The translations under genes were made by a program, and so were the position numbers. From Clostridia bacterium (lineage in GTDB: Bacteria > Bacillota > Clostridia > UMGS1883 > UMGS1540): a stretch of 52,723 bases of DNA. The stretch is taken from NCBI GenBank assembly GCA_045533905.1, contig JAZSIR010000023.1, positions 1 through 52,723 on the forward strand, written 5' to 3'. Position 1 is the first letter of the stretch, and each line of letters opens with the position of its first letter. Below are positions 39,338 through 49,555 of the stretch, piece by piece. The notes under the pieces were generated by a model, which saw nothing but the letters and a program-made list of their open reading frames with translations, was not told where the DNA came from and did no database searches.

Positions 39338-40756
39338 TTGAAAAAAACGTGCAGGCGCATTCTTTTGATTGCGCTTTCGCTTCTCCTTGTAACTTCCTCT
39401 GTATATGCGTGGGAGCCGACGGGGGAAGACGAGTATAATTATATACATGACCTTGTCGATTTTGTTTCCGAGAATGCGAAGTTCCCGAAGGAAAAAAGCG
39501 AACTTTTAGATATCGCTTTCAAAGAACGCCTCACAAATCCTGCCTCTGGTTTTGACGGCATGGTGGCGGCGGTGATGGGGTCTCTCGATGAGCATAGCAG
39601 CTATCTGGATGAAGATACATATGCAAAGTTTGTAGACAGCAGCGTGATCGGTGCCTTTACCGGCATCGGGGTTACCATCGTCGAAAGAGATGGCGGCGTT
39701 GTGGTCATCTCCATTTTCCCGGATTCTCCTGCAGAAAAGGCAGGTATGCGGGTGGGGGATATCCTCATCGGTGTAGACGGTGAGAATCTGGAAGGTCGCG
39801 GCATGGAGGCCATCCGCGAGAAAATCCTGGGCGAAGAAGGCACTTCTGTTTCGGTGATGCTTCGGCGCGACGGAAAAGAAATGGCACTTACAGCCGTCCG
39901 CGCATCGCTCGATACGGACCCCGTGGTGTACGAAAACAAAAACGGCATAGGCTACATTCAGTTTTTCTCCTTTAACCCGCGTGTGGCGGAAAAGGTACAG
40001 GCTGCCGTGGACTTTTTTGAAAAAGAAGGCGTAAAAAACCTTATTGTGGACATTCGCGACAATAGCGGCGGCGAGCTTGGCTCTGCCCTTGATATTTGCA
40101 GACTGTTTACGCCGAAGGGCGTCATTATGCGCGTGGAGTACGCCGATGCGCGCTATAATCAGCTCCATTATAACGAAGAAGATAATCGCGGGCGCTTCAA
40201 TCTCGCAGTGCTTGTAAACGAGGAAAGCGCGTCCGCTTCCGAGCTTTTTGCAGGTGCCGTGCAGGATACGGCAAGCGGCACAATTATCGGCAAGAAAACC
40301 TTCGGGAAGGGCACCGTGCAAACGGTGCGCCGCCTCATAACGGGCGGCGGCATCCGTCTCACCGTTGCGGAATATAAAACGGCAGGCGGCAGAGCGTTGC
40401 ACCACGAGGGTATCACGCCCGATATCGAGGTAGAAAACACCTTTGCGCCGGCCGATGTTTCGTATATGGCCGAAATGGAATATATGCCCGAGTGGAAGGT
40501 GGGGGACAGTGGAAAAGCCGTCCTCGCGATCGAACAGCGCCTTGCATTTTTGGGATTTATGGAAGAAGCTGACTCGGTTTACGATGCCGAAACGGAAAAA
40601 GCCATCCGCTTTTTCCAGGCACAAAGTGACCTTTCCATCACAGGCACCGCAGATATTTATACACAGATTCGCCTCGGTGGCATAGACTATACCGCGCCGG
40701 TAGAGAATGACGATCAGCTGGCGCGTGCATTGGAGTTTTTACATGAAGCAGCTTAA
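39338..40756 (+). CDS. S41 carboxyl-terminal processing protease with PDZ and peptidoglycan-binding domains
   Basis: Signal peptide, GIGV PDZ, DIRDNSGG, SASASE, TFGKGTVQ, GITPD and a C-terminal PG_binding-like segment (T..AIRFFQ...L..TG). Confidence 0.9.
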   Translation: MKKTCRRILLIALSLLLVTSSVYAWEPTGEDEYNYIHDLVDFVSENAKFPKEKSELLDIAFKERLTNPASGFDGMVAAVMGSLDEHSSYLDEDTYAKFVDSSVIGAFTGIGVTIVERDGGVVVISIFPDSPAEKAGMRVGDILIGVDGENLEGRGMEAIREKILGEEGTSVSVMLRRDGKEMALTAVRASLDTDPVVYENKNGIGYIQFFSFNPRVAEKVQAAVDFFEKEGVKNLIVDIRDNSGGELGSALDICRLFTPKGVIMRVEYADARYNQLHYNEEDNRGRFNLAVLVNEESASASELFAGAVQDTASGTIIGKKTFGKGTVQTVRRLITGGGIRLTVAEYKTAGGRALHHEGITPDIEVENTFAPADVSYMAEMEYMPEWKVGDSGKAVLAIEQRLAFLGFMEEADSVYDAETEKAIRFFQAQSDLSITGTADIYTQIRLGGIDYTAPVENDDQLARALEFLHEAA

Positions 40757-41786
40757 TGTAGGAAATGTAAAGATTGGCGGCGGCGCACCCGTATCCGTGC
40801 AGACGATGACGACCACGGACACGCACGACGTTCGTAAAACCGTAGACCAGATTCGCCTTTTAGAAGAGGCGGGCGCAGATATTGTACGCCTTGCCGTGCC
40901 GGATCTTGCGGCGGCCGAAAGCTTTGCGGAAATTAAAAAGAAAACCACCGTACCGCTGGTGGCCGATATTCATTTCGATTACCGCATTGCCCTTCAGTGT
41001 ATTGCGGGCGGCGCCGATAAAATCCGCATCAATCCCGGCAACATCGGTGCGCCGGAAAGGGTGCGCGCAGTGGCGGAAGCGGCGAAATTTGCCGGCATTC
41101 CCATCCGCATCGGTGTAAACGGCGGCTCGCTCGAAAAAGAAATGTATGAAAAGTATGGCCATACGGCGCTCGCAATGGTAGAAAGCGCAAAATACCATGC
41201 TTCTCTTTTGGAGGAGGCAGGCTTTTCTGATATCATCATAAGCCTCAAAGCCTCAAATGTACAGAAAACGGTGGAAGCGTACCGTCTGATGGCGAAAAGC
41301 GCTTCATACCCCTTACATATCGGTGTTACCGAGGCAGGCACAGCCTATGCAGGCCTTATAAAATCTTCGGCAGGCATCGGAAGCCTTCTTCTGGACGGTA
41401 TAGGAGATACCATCCGCGTATCGCTTTCCGCACCGCCGGAGGAAGAGGTGCGCGCAGGCATTGCGCTTTTGAAGGCGCTGGACCTTCGGGCGGGTGCGGA
41501 GCTCATTTCCTGCCCCACCTGCGGCCGTTGTCGCATAGACCTTATGCCCGTTGCAAGGGAAATGGAAGCCTATCTTTCTAAAATTGACACGCCCATCCGC
41601 GTGGCCGTTATGGGCTGTGCTGTAAATGGCCCGGGCGAAGCGCGCGAAGCGCACGTGGGCGTTGCGGGCGGTGACGGAAAGGCGGTGCTGTTCCGGCACG
41701 GCGAAATCGTAAAAAGTATTTCCGAAGCAGAGATTCTGCCCGTCTTAAAGGGCGAAGTGGAAAGGATTATAAAAGAGTGGAAGTAA
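40743..41786 (+). CDS. ispG: (E)-4-hydroxy-3-methylbut-2-enyl-diphosphate synthase
   Basis: VADIHFD, RINPGN, IGVTEAG, SCPTCGR and MGCAVNGPGE motifs. Confidence 0.96.
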   Translation: MKQLNVGNVKIGGGAPVSVQTMTTTDTHDVRKTVDQIRLLEEAGADIVRLAVPDLAAAESFAEIKKKTTVPLVADIHFDYRIALQCIAGGADKIRINPGNIGAPERVRAVAEAAKFAGIPIRIGVNGGSLEKEMYEKYGHTALAMVESAKYHASLLEEAGFSDIIISLKASNVQKTVEAYRLMAKSASYPLHIGVTEAGTAYAGLIKSSAGIGSLLLDGIGDTIRVSLSAPPEEEVRAGIALLKALDLRAGAELISCPTCGRCRIDLMPVAREMEAYLSKIDTPIRVAVMGCAVNGPGEAREAHVGVAGGDGKAVLFRHGEIVKSISEAEILPVLKGEVERIIKEWK

Positions 41787-44700
41787 ACGGCACAAAGGCA
41801 ATTACAGAAGCTTTTGGCGGCGCTCCTATACCGAAGGACGCCGCTTGTTTTCGTGTGTCCAGATTACGGGTGGATGCCCCCACGCGCACAATGCGCGTGT
41901 CCTTTCTTCTGCCCGGGATTCCGCCGCATAGCGTAGTGCGCGCGCTTGAAAAAAGCCTTATGGAGCATTATGCACTCCATAAAATCGAAACAGAATTCAC
42001 ATTTGCCGCGCTTCCGCCTTTTGAGGAGCAGGCGGCGGCACTTGCGGGCTTTATTATCGGCCGCCTTTCGGAAGAAAAACCGGTTCTCGAATATGTGTTT
42101 AAGGATAGCGTATGGACAGAAACGGGGGAGGAACTTACCATCTGTCTCCATCACGGCGGTGCCGAGCTTCTGAAGGCAGAGTCCGCGCCTTCTGCAATCA
42201 CCCGTTTGTATGCCGCCTATACGGGGCGAAATGTTAAAATCTCCTTCACAGAAGAACTCGAAGAGGTGGATTTATCGGCGCGTCCGCTTCCGGTTGCCCC
42301 GCGTCCTGCAGTAAAAGAAACCGAGACTGCATCGGTATCTTCTGACGGCGCTATTTTAGGGAAGCTTATTGACAGCGAGCCCGCACCCATCAAAGGTATT
42401 GACGAAGGCAGTGGGCGTGTAACCGTGTGCGGGGAAGCGTTCGCGGTTGAGGGGCGTGACATTAAAGAGAAAAAGCTTCTCACCTTCAATATTACAGATA
42501 AAACCGATTCCATCACCTGCAAAATCTTTTTAACACCGGATAAATATACTGCCGTTTCCGCTTCTGTGAAAAACGGCGCCTATCTTCTTGTGCGCGGCAC
42601 GGCCGTTTTCGACTCGTTCGCGGGCGAGGTTGTCATTCGAGTGCAGGATATCTGTGCGGCGAAAAAACACGAGAAAGAGGATGTGGCACAGGAGAAGCGC
42701 GTAGAACTCCACGTGCACACACAGATGTCAAATATGGATGGCGTTTCAAGCGCCACCGCACTTGTGAAAAAAGCCATAAAATACGGGCATCCTGCCATTG
42801 CCATTACGGACCACGGCGTGGTGCAGTCCTTCCCGGAAGCTTATAAAGCGGCAAAGGGCTCTGATCTTAAGGTTATTTTTGGCGTAGAAGCCTACTTTGT
42901 GAATGACATAGGCGCTTCCCTCTACAAGGGCAAATCTTGGCCGGTAGACGGCGAAATGGTCGTTTTCGACATAGAAACTACGGGCCTTAGCCCGAAAACA
43001 GAGCGCATTACGGAAATCGGCGCCGTAAAAATCCGTGACGGGATTTTGTGCGAGACGTTTTCCACCTTCGTAAATCCTGACAAACCGATTCCGGCAAAGA
43101 TTGTGGAGCTGACGGGCATTACCGATGCTATGGTGGCGAATGCTCCGGCGGAGAAGGAAGCGGTAGAGGCATTTCTCGAATTCTGCGGCGATGCACCGAT
43201 TGTAGCGCATAACGCTTCGTTTGATACGAGCTTTATCCGCGCCGCGTGCGCCAGAATGGGCGTGCCCTATGCACCCTCCATTATCGATACGCTCGCGTTT
43301 TGCCGCGCGCTTGTTATCAGTAAGCGCCAGCATTCTCTCGATAAAATGGCAAAATATTTCGGCGTGGAAAATCCGGCACATCACCGTGCAGTAAACGATG
43401 CCGAGGTCTGTGCACAAATCTGGCTCGCCCTTTTGGAAAAGCTTCGCGCAATGGGCGTTTCCGACCTTGCCGATATCGACAAAAAAATGGCGGGAAATGT
43501 GGATATGAAGGCGCTTCCTTCGTACCATATGATTCTGCTTGCCAAAAACCGACAGGGGCTTTTTAACCTCTATACACTCATTACGAAATCGCATATGGAA
43601 TATTTCCATAAAACGCCGCGTATTCCGAAAAGCGAACTTATTCGCTACCGCGAGGGGCTTTTAATTGGCTCCGCGTGCGAAGCGGGCGAGCTTTTCCGCG
43701 CGATGGTAGCGGAGGAGCCGGAGGCAAACCTTCTGAAAATAGCCGAGTTTTATGATTATCTTGAAATCCAGCCGATCGGCAATAACCGCTTTATGATTGA
43801 AAATGGCACCGCGGCCGACGAGGAACAGCTGCGCGACTATAACCGCCGCATCATTGCAATGGGCGAAAAACTTGATAAACCGGTTGTGGCCACGGGTGAC
43901 GTACATTTTCTGAATAAAGAAGACGAGGTGTTCCGCCGCATCCTGATGGCGGGGAAGGGCTTTGACGATGCCGATAACCAGGCCCCCTTATATTTCCGCA
44001 CAACCAATGAAATGCTCGAGGAATTCGGATATCTCGGGGATGAAATGGCGCGCAAGGTTGTTATTGAAAACACCAATCGGATTGCCGAAATGATTGAAGG
44101 CATCCCGCCTGTACCTAAAGAAAAATGCCCGCCGGAAATCGAAGGATCCGACAGGGATATTATGAATATGAGCCGCGAAAAAGCAGAGAGAATTTACGGT
44201 TCGCCACTTCCTGAAATCGTACAAAAGCGTATGGACAGGGAACTCGACAGTATTATAAATAACGGCTTTGCCGTTATGTATATTATCGCGCATAAGCTCG
44301 TGAAAAAGTCGAATGAGGATGGCTATCTTGTAGGCTCCCGTGGCTCGGTAGGTTCCTCTTTTGTCGCCTTTTTGTCGGATATTACCGAGGTGAACGCGCT
44401 GCCGCCGCATTATGTGTGCAAACAGTGTAAGTATAGTGAGTTCGTAGAAAATATCTCGGGTTCGGGCTGCGACCTTCCCGATAAAAACTGCCCGAAGTGC
44501 GGCACGCCGCTGTATAAGGACGGGCACGATATTCCGTTTGAAACATTCCTTGGGTTTGACGGCGATAAGGCTCCGGATATAGACCTTAATTTCTCCGGCG
44601 ACTATCAGGCCACGGCACATAAGTATACAGAGGTTCTTTTCGGCGCGGAGAATGTTTTCAAGGCAGGCACCATTGGTACGCTTGCGGAAAAAACGGCGTA

Positions 44701-45988
44701 CGGCTATGTGCGGAAGTATTTTGAAGAACGCGGCCAGATGCTCCGTAAAGCGGAGCTTGACCGGTTAACGCTTGGCTGCACCGGCGTAAAACGTACAACC
44801 GGCCAGCATCCCGGCGGCATTGTTGTTTTGCCGAAAGGGCGCGATATCAACGAATTCTGTCCCGTGCAGCATCCGGCAGATAAAAGCGAAAGCGATGTAA
44901 AAACCACACATTTTGATTACCATTCTATCGACGAAAACCTCTTAAAGCTCGATATTCTCGGGCACGACGATCCGACCGTAATCCGAATGCTCGAAGATCT
45001 TACGGGGCTCGATGCCAAGGAAATCCCGCTCGATGATAAAGAAACGATGAGCCTTTTCACGGGGAAGGAAGCTCTGCATCTTAAGTCGGATATAAAAAGT
45101 ACCGTCGGCACACTCGCGATCCCCGAGTTCGGCACGGGCTTTGTACGGCAGATGCTTCTTGACACAAAACCGAAAACCTTCTCCGACCTTATCCGTATAA
45201 GCGGCCTTTCGCACGGTACGGATGTATGGCTCGGCAACGCGCAGGATATCGTGCGAAGCGGCACGGCGCCGCTGTCAGGCTGTATCTGCACGCGTGACGA
45301 TATTATGCTCTATCTCATTGCGCAAGGCGTAGCACCAAAACTCTCCTTCACCATTATGGAAGCTGTACGAAAAGGGAAGGGCTTAAAACCGGAATGGGAA
45401 GAAGAAATGCGCGCGAATAATGTGCCGAACTGGTACATAGACTCCTGCAACAAGATTCAGTATATGTTCCCGAAGGCACACGCGGCGGCGTATGTTACGA
45501 TGGCATTCCGCATTGCCTACTGCAAGGTGCATTATCCGCTTGCTTTCTATATGGCATATTACAGCGTCCGCGCCGATGATTTCGATGCGGCACTTATGGC
45601 AAACGGCCACAGCGTTGTAAAGGCGAAGATAGAGGAGCTTTCGGCACTCGAAACCAAAACGCAGAAGGATAAGAACGTGCTTTCGATTTTGGAAGTGTGT
45701 GACGAGATGTACGCCCGCGGCTATTCGTTCTGCCCGATTGATCTGTATACATCGGATGCTGAAAAATTCCAGGAGGTAGACGGCAAGATTCTCCCGCCGC
45801 TTACGAGTATGCAGGGGCTCGGCGCTTCCGCCGCGCACAGCATTGTGGAGGCTAGAAAAGAAGGACCGTTCCTCTCGATTGACGATCTGGTGCAGCGAAG
45901 CGGTGCCAATAAGTCGGTTATCGAGATTATGACGCGAAGCGGCGTTTTGGATGACCTTCCTGAAATCAGCCAGACAACATTATTCTGA
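41777..45988 (+). CDS. polC: DNA polymerase III PolC-type
   Basis: PHP domain interrupted by a DEDDh exonuclease (FDIETTG, HNA.FD, HRA..DA); RGSVGSS, PDIDLNF and YMFPKAHA motifs. Confidence 0.97.
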   Translation: MEVNGTKAITEAFGGAPIPKDAACFRVSRLRVDAPTRTMRVSFLLPGIPPHSVVRALEKSLMEHYALHKIETEFTFAALPPFEEQAAALAGFIIGRLSEEKPVLEYVFKDSVWTETGEELTICLHHGGAELLKAESAPSAITRLYAAYTGRNVKISFTEELEEVDLSARPLPVAPRPAVKETETASVSSDGAILGKLIDSEPAPIKGIDEGSGRVTVCGEAFAVEGRDIKEKKLLTFNITDKTDSITCKIFLTPDKYTAVSASVKNGAYLLVRGTAVFDSFAGEVVIRVQDICAAKKHEKEDVAQEKRVELHVHTQMSNMDGVSSATALVKKAIKYGHPAIAITDHGVVQSFPEAYKAAKGSDLKVIFGVEAYFVNDIGASLYKGKSWPVDGEMVVFDIETTGLSPKTERITEIGAVKIRDGILCETFSTFVNPDKPIPAKIVELTGITDAMVANAPAEKEAVEAFLEFCGDAPIVAHNASFDTSFIRAACARMGVPYAPSIIDTLAFCRALVISKRQHSLDKMAKYFGVENPAHHRAVNDAEVCAQIWLALLEKLRAMGVSDLADIDKKMAGNVDMKALPSYHMILLAKNRQGLFNLYTLITKSHMEYFHKTPRIPKSELIRYREGLLIGSACEAGELFRAMVAEEPEANLLKIAEFYDYLEIQPIGNNRFMIENGTAADEEQLRDYNRRIIAMGEKLDKPVVATGDVHFLNKEDEVFRRILMAGKGFDDADNQAPLYFRTTNEMLEEFGYLGDEMARKVVIENTNRIAEMIEGIPPVPKEKCPPEIEGSDRDIMNMSREKAERIYGSPLPEIVQKRMDRELDSIINNGFAVMYIIAHKLVKKSNEDGYLVGSRGSVGSSFVAFLSDITEVNALPPHYVCKQCKYSEFVENISGSGCDLPDKNCPKCGTPLYKDGHDIPFETFLGFDGDKAPDIDLNFSGDYQATAHKYTEVLFGAENVFKAGTIGTLAEKTAYGYVRKYFEERGQMLRKAELDRLTLGCTGVKRTTGQHPGGIVVLPKGRDINEFCPVQHPADKSESDVKTTHFDYHSIDENLLKLDILGHDDPTVIRMLEDLTGLDAKEIPLDDKETMSLFTGKEALHLKSDIKSTVGTLAIPEFGTGFVRQMLLDTKPKTFSDLIRISGLSHGTDVWLGNAQDIVRSGTAPLSGCICTRDDIMLYLIAQGVAPKLSFTIMEAVRKGKGLKPEWEEEMRANNVPNWYIDSCNKIQYMFPKAHAAAYVTMAFRIAYCKVHYPLAFYMAYYSVRADDFDAALMANGHSVVKAKIEELSALETKTQKDKNVLSILEVCDEMYARGYSFCPIDLYTSDAEKFQEVDGKILPPLTSMQGLGASAAHSIVEARKEGPFLSIDDLVQRSGANKSVIEIMTRSGVLDDLPEISQTTLF

Positions 45989-45994
45989 TATACC

Positions 45995-46024
45995 AAAAGG
46001 GTGTGACGAGAGTCACACCCTTTT
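45995..46024. terminator. Bidirectional intrinsic terminator
   Basis: AAAAGGGTGTGAC-gaga-GTCACACCCTTTT between polC and the convergent accessory operon. Confidence 0.85.
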
Positions 46025-46384
46025 AAGTTCATATTCTGCATCCAGCGTCAGCACATCGCTGTTTTGATTTGTGGTGTCTGCATTTTCCGCCACAAATACC
46101 TCGGCATCCGCAGAGAGCGCCAGATAGTGCCAGGTGCCGCGGCTCACATTGTAGGCAAAGCCCTCCGAAAGCGGCGTTTCTGTAAAATACCCGTCCTCCA
46201 TCGTCAGCATCACGGCCTCGCCTTTCAAAAGCACAAAAATTTCATCCGTTTCGTTGTGCCTTTTCATTTCCGTCACGGGGCCAAACGAATATTGCGCGCT
46301 TTTGGTTATAAAGGCGCACTTGAACCTTTCGTTTGTAAACACCGCGTCAAAGCCGGGTTTTTCTGCTTTTTTAACTGTCAGCAT
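46013..46384 (-). CDS. Cupin-fold metal-binding protein of unknown function
   Basis: RH..TDE.F.LL.G cupin motif 1 and YNV..GTWH motif 2. Confidence 0.65.
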   Translation of the reverse strand: MLTVKKAEKPGFDAVFTNERFKCAFITKSAQYSFGPVTEMKRHNETDEIFVLLKGEAVMLTMEDGYFTETPLSEGFAYNVSRGTWHYLALSADAEVFVAENADTTNQNSDVLTLDAEYELKRV

Positions 46385-46393
46385 AGCGTCCCC

Positions 46394-47650
46394 TTACTTT
46401 TCGTAGTCTAAAACTTCCCAGTCCTCCGGCGGGTTACCGAGGTCGACCACATCCATCGTCTTGCTGCCGGCCATTGCCGATTCGTGTGCCGTAAGGCCGG
46501 GGATGTTCCAGCGTGCAACTTCCCAGATGTTTGTGGGAGAGAGCTTGCCGGTTGCATATGCGCGGCAGAAATCGTCAATTAAGAAGTGATGCGTTCCGTT
46601 ATGGCCGTTTTCGATGCCTTCGTACTCTTTCGGGAGTCTCGCCGTCGGCTGAATGGGAGAGGTTTCAAAGAAGCCTGCGGTATCTGCAATTTCCTGCACG
46701 GCTTTGTCATAGTCGGAAATGATGCTGTTGTAAACACTTTCCGGCTGCAGGTCCTTTGTTACGTCCTTCATAATAACTTTGCCGGGGCGGTTTTCATCCC
46801 AATGCGCCAGGTGGTGGCGGGCAACGGCAAATTCGTAGCCACCGTCGGTGCCGTAGTACTGGGTGACATAGGTTTCAGGCGACATCCAGCCCACACATCT
46901 GTTTTCGCTGATTCTGGCAATACCGCCGTTTGAAAGCTCTACCATCATCGCGGTATTGGAGAACGGATTGTTATAGATGTTCTGGCCGTCCATACCGTAA
47001 ATGTCGGTTCGCGGGCTGCCGGCAAAGCCAAAGCCCACAACCTTTTTAACATATACGCCGGGCATTGTGGAAAGGATCATCGAGGTGGAGTGTGTGGGAT
47101 AGAACATCGGCGGAATGCCCGCAAACTTCTTCCATTCCTCTCCGCCCGAGCTTTTGAAGCTGTTTTCCATATTGCGGATATCGTGGTTATACTGCGCTTC
47201 TGCATATGTGAATTTGCCGAAGGTTCCCTTCTTGAATTCTTTTCTCAAAAAGATAGCAGGCGCTCTGTAAAAACCGGTTTCGCCCATCGAATAGGTAAGG
47301 CGGGTCTTGCGGACGAGGCTTTCGATTTCGACGAGCTCTTCCACCTTGGCGGCACCCGGAACGGCACTGTATACGTGCTTGCCGGCTTTGAGTGCCTGAA
47401 TGACAAGCGGCCCGTGCGAGGTTCGCGTTGTGAAAATAGCAACAGAGTTTACTTTATCGGAGGCAAGCGCCTCTTCAAAGCTGTCGATGATGTCCACATC
47501 AAATCTTTTCTGGAATTCTTCTGCACGCTCGCGGCGGGTGTCGCAAACATACACCTTTTCCACTTCGGGATGCGCCTTCCATAGCGGCACAAAGAACGGG
47601 CTGAATCTGCCACAGCCAATAATTGCAATTCTGATTTTTTCCTTTGCCAT
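46394..47650 (-). CDS. Gfo/Idh/MocA NAD-dependent oxidoreductase, GH109-like
   Basis: IAIIGCG Rossmann motif, H....AL.AGKHVYSAVP, YAEAQYNHD, YPTH and NGHNGTH. Confidence 0.8.
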   Translation of the reverse strand: MAKEKIRIAIIGCGRFSPFFVPLWKAHPEVEKVYVCDTRRERAEEFQKRFDVDIIDSFEEALASDKVNSVAIFTTRTSHGPLVIQALKAGKHVYSAVPGAAKVEELVEIESLVRKTRLTYSMGETGFYRAPAIFLRKEFKKGTFGKFTYAEAQYNHDIRNMENSFKSSGGEEWKKFAGIPPMFYPTHSTSMILSTMPGVYVKKVVGFGFAGSPRTDIYGMDGQNIYNNPFSNTAMMVELSNGGIARISENRCVGWMSPETYVTQYYGTDGGYEFAVARHHLAHWDENRPGKVIMKDVTKDLQPESVYNSIISDYDKAVQEIADTAGFFETSPIQPTARLPKEYEGIENGHNGTHHFLIDDFCRAYATGKLSPTNIWEVARWNIPGLTAHESAMAGSKTMDVVDLGNPPEDWEVLDYEK

Positions 47651-47652
47651 TT

Positions 47653-48642
47653 TTATCTCTCCTCTTTTTTAGGATCTGTGAAGTCCCACTCGTTTTCTCG
47701 CTTTAAGGTTTCGAACTGTTTTGTGCTCAGCTTCCAGTCCTCATCTTCACGGAATTTCCGTTTGAACTTTTTGGTGAGAAGCCCCTTCTCCTCGAGATGA
47801 ATGTAGCACGCTCTGTCGCACGCTCTTGCACAGATGGAGGTGCGGTAATAGTGCTTCGCAGGGGGGTAGAAATAGATGCTGTCTAAAATCTCCTTTGCCC
47901 CTTCTGTGTCAAATTCCGCCGTTCCGTTTATTATATCCATTCTGTTTTCGAAATCCATAAAGGCATCGGGCGGCATAAACGGGTTTTTCGAGCCGTTCGC
48001 ACCGTTATAGTAAACGGCGCAGCGCCAGGAGTCAAGCGTGCCGTCTTCCTTGATGGCTCTTCCCGGGCAAGCTTCGATGCATTTGCCGCATCTGTCGCAA
48101 AGACCTGCACCGCGCAGGGGAGAGGGCGCAATTTCCGCATCGGTTAAAATAAAGCAGTAGCGGATAAACGGGCCGTACTCCGGTGTCAGAAGAGAACCAA
48201 TCATACTCCGCTCGCCAAGGCCGCACTGAACCGCGCAATTCAAAAAGTCAATCTGATGCTCGGCTACAACGCCGCGCACAACGTCCGTATAGTCCATTTC
48301 GGGATTTGTTGCATACGGGTCGTTTACAATCAGCTGGTTCTTTCTTTGCGGCACGGCCGTAAAGCCTTCTTCCTCGATGAGGTTACTTACATTGATGAGT
48401 GCAAGCGGCATCACGGTTTCTTCAAGGTTTTCCACGCCCATCGTGGTGTACTGGTAGTACGTTGTGCCCTCTTCTGCCGTTCTGTAAATGCCGCGTAAAA
48501 CGCGAAAACCAAGGCCTACAACTGTTTTGGTTTCGGGGAAAATCTTAAAAATTTCGTCATCGGGCAAAAAACGACTTCTGTCCGCAAATCCGATAATATC
48601 CGCATCATATTTTTGCGCAAGCTCTATAATTTTGTTTTTCAT
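47653..48642 (-). CDS. QueG/reductive-dehalogenase-like cobalamin-[4Fe-4S] protein (paralog 3)
   Basis: ADIIGFA N-terminus, A..CGLGE....L.P.YGP..R...ILTD, CDRCGKCIEACP, WRC and CARACDRAC. Confidence 0.7.
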   Translation of the reverse strand: MKNKIIELAQKYDADIIGFADRSRFLPDDEIFKIFPETKTVVGLGFRVLRGIYRTAEEGTTYYQYTTMGVENLEETVMPLALINVSNLIEEEGFTAVPQRKNQLIVNDPYATNPEMDYTDVVRGVVAEHQIDFLNCAVQCGLGERSMIGSLLTPEYGPFIRYCFILTDAEIAPSPLRGAGLCDRCGKCIEACPGRAIKEDGTLDSWRCAVYYNGANGSKNPFMPPDAFMDFENRMDIINGTAEFDTEGAKEILDSIYFYPPAKHYYRTSICARACDRACYIHLEEKGLLTKKFKRKFREDEDWKLSTKQFETLKRENEWDFTDPKKEER

Positions 48643-49544
48643 ATTCTGCCCGCCTCCTTCAAATGCTTGTAGCATACAATTTCACAGCTTTTGCCGCACA
48701 GACAGGGCACATAGCCGAAGTGCGTGTTGGGCAAAAACGAAAGAGAGGGATATATTTTTTCGGCTTCCTCTTTCGTAAATTTCTTTTCGCCGCTTATAAT
48801 CGCTTCACGCTCGGGGTGGTCAGCCAGGAAATCCTCGCTCATAAACGGATTGGATTTGTGTGCCCCTCTGTAGTATACACTACATTGCCAGGTATCCACG
48901 CCGCCGCTTGCAATCGCTTTTCCGGGGCAGGCCGCCTGACACTTTCCGCACTTGTCGCAAAGGTCGCCTTCAAAAGGCGCATCAAAGTCGAGTGGCATAT
49001 CGGTAATAATATAAACAAAGCGCATAAACGTTCCGTACTTCGGCACAATCACCTTGCCGTGCAGCCCTTCTTTTCCAAGGCCGCAAACATACGCCGCCTT
49101 GTTATAGTCGATAATAACATCAGGCACGGGCTTGTCGTCACTAACGGGGCTTGCAAACTGCAACTCATAAATCCGGCTGACTTCGGGGTTCGTGGTTTTG
49201 TCACCCTTTACCTTAAAGCCCGGCACATATCTCTGGAGACACGCGTCATAGCCTTCATTTTCAATCATAGCCCCCATCTTCAGAAGAAAGATTTCAGCAA
49301 AGCTTTCGTCTATGTACTTGACGCCGAGGTTTACGTAGTTATAATACTGCGTTTTGATATCCATCGTGCCGTAGAGCCCGCGGGGCACTTTGATGCCAAA
49401 ACCGATAATGGCCTTTGCATTCGGCAGAATGGAAAACGGGTTGTGCTGCGGGTCATCACCGCGAAACATTTCAATATTCCCGATGCCGCAAAGGCTTGCA
49501 CCAAGCGCGGCGGCTTTTTCCTTTATATCTTTGGCTGTAAGCAT
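48639..49544 (-). CDS. QueG/reductive-dehalogenase-like cobalamin-[4Fe-4S] protein (paralog 2)
   Basis: LGASLCGIG, P..ILPNAKAII, CGLG..G.HG..P.YG..R...ITD, CDKCGKCQAACP, WQC and CLCGKSCEIVC; start MLTAKDIK after GGGGG. Confidence 0.7.
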   Translation of the reverse strand: MLTAKDIKEKAAALGASLCGIGNIEMFRGDDPQHNPFSILPNAKAIIGFGIKVPRGLYGTMDIKTQYYNYVNLGVKYIDESFAEIFLLKMGAMIENEGYDACLQRYVPGFKVKGDKTTNPEVSRIYELQFASPVSDDKPVPDVIIDYNKAAYVCGLGKEGLHGKVIVPKYGTFMRFVYIITDMPLDFDAPFEGDLCDKCGKCQAACPGKAIASGGVDTWQCSVYYRGAHKSNPFMSEDFLADHPEREAIISGEKKFTKEEAEKIYPSLSFLPNTHFGYVPCLCGKSCEIVCYKHLKEAGRI

Positions 49545-49555
49545 ATTCATCCCCC

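Noticed and set aside
1577-45988. dnaE and polC together as unusual
   Set aside because: This is normal for low-GC Gram-positive bacteria.
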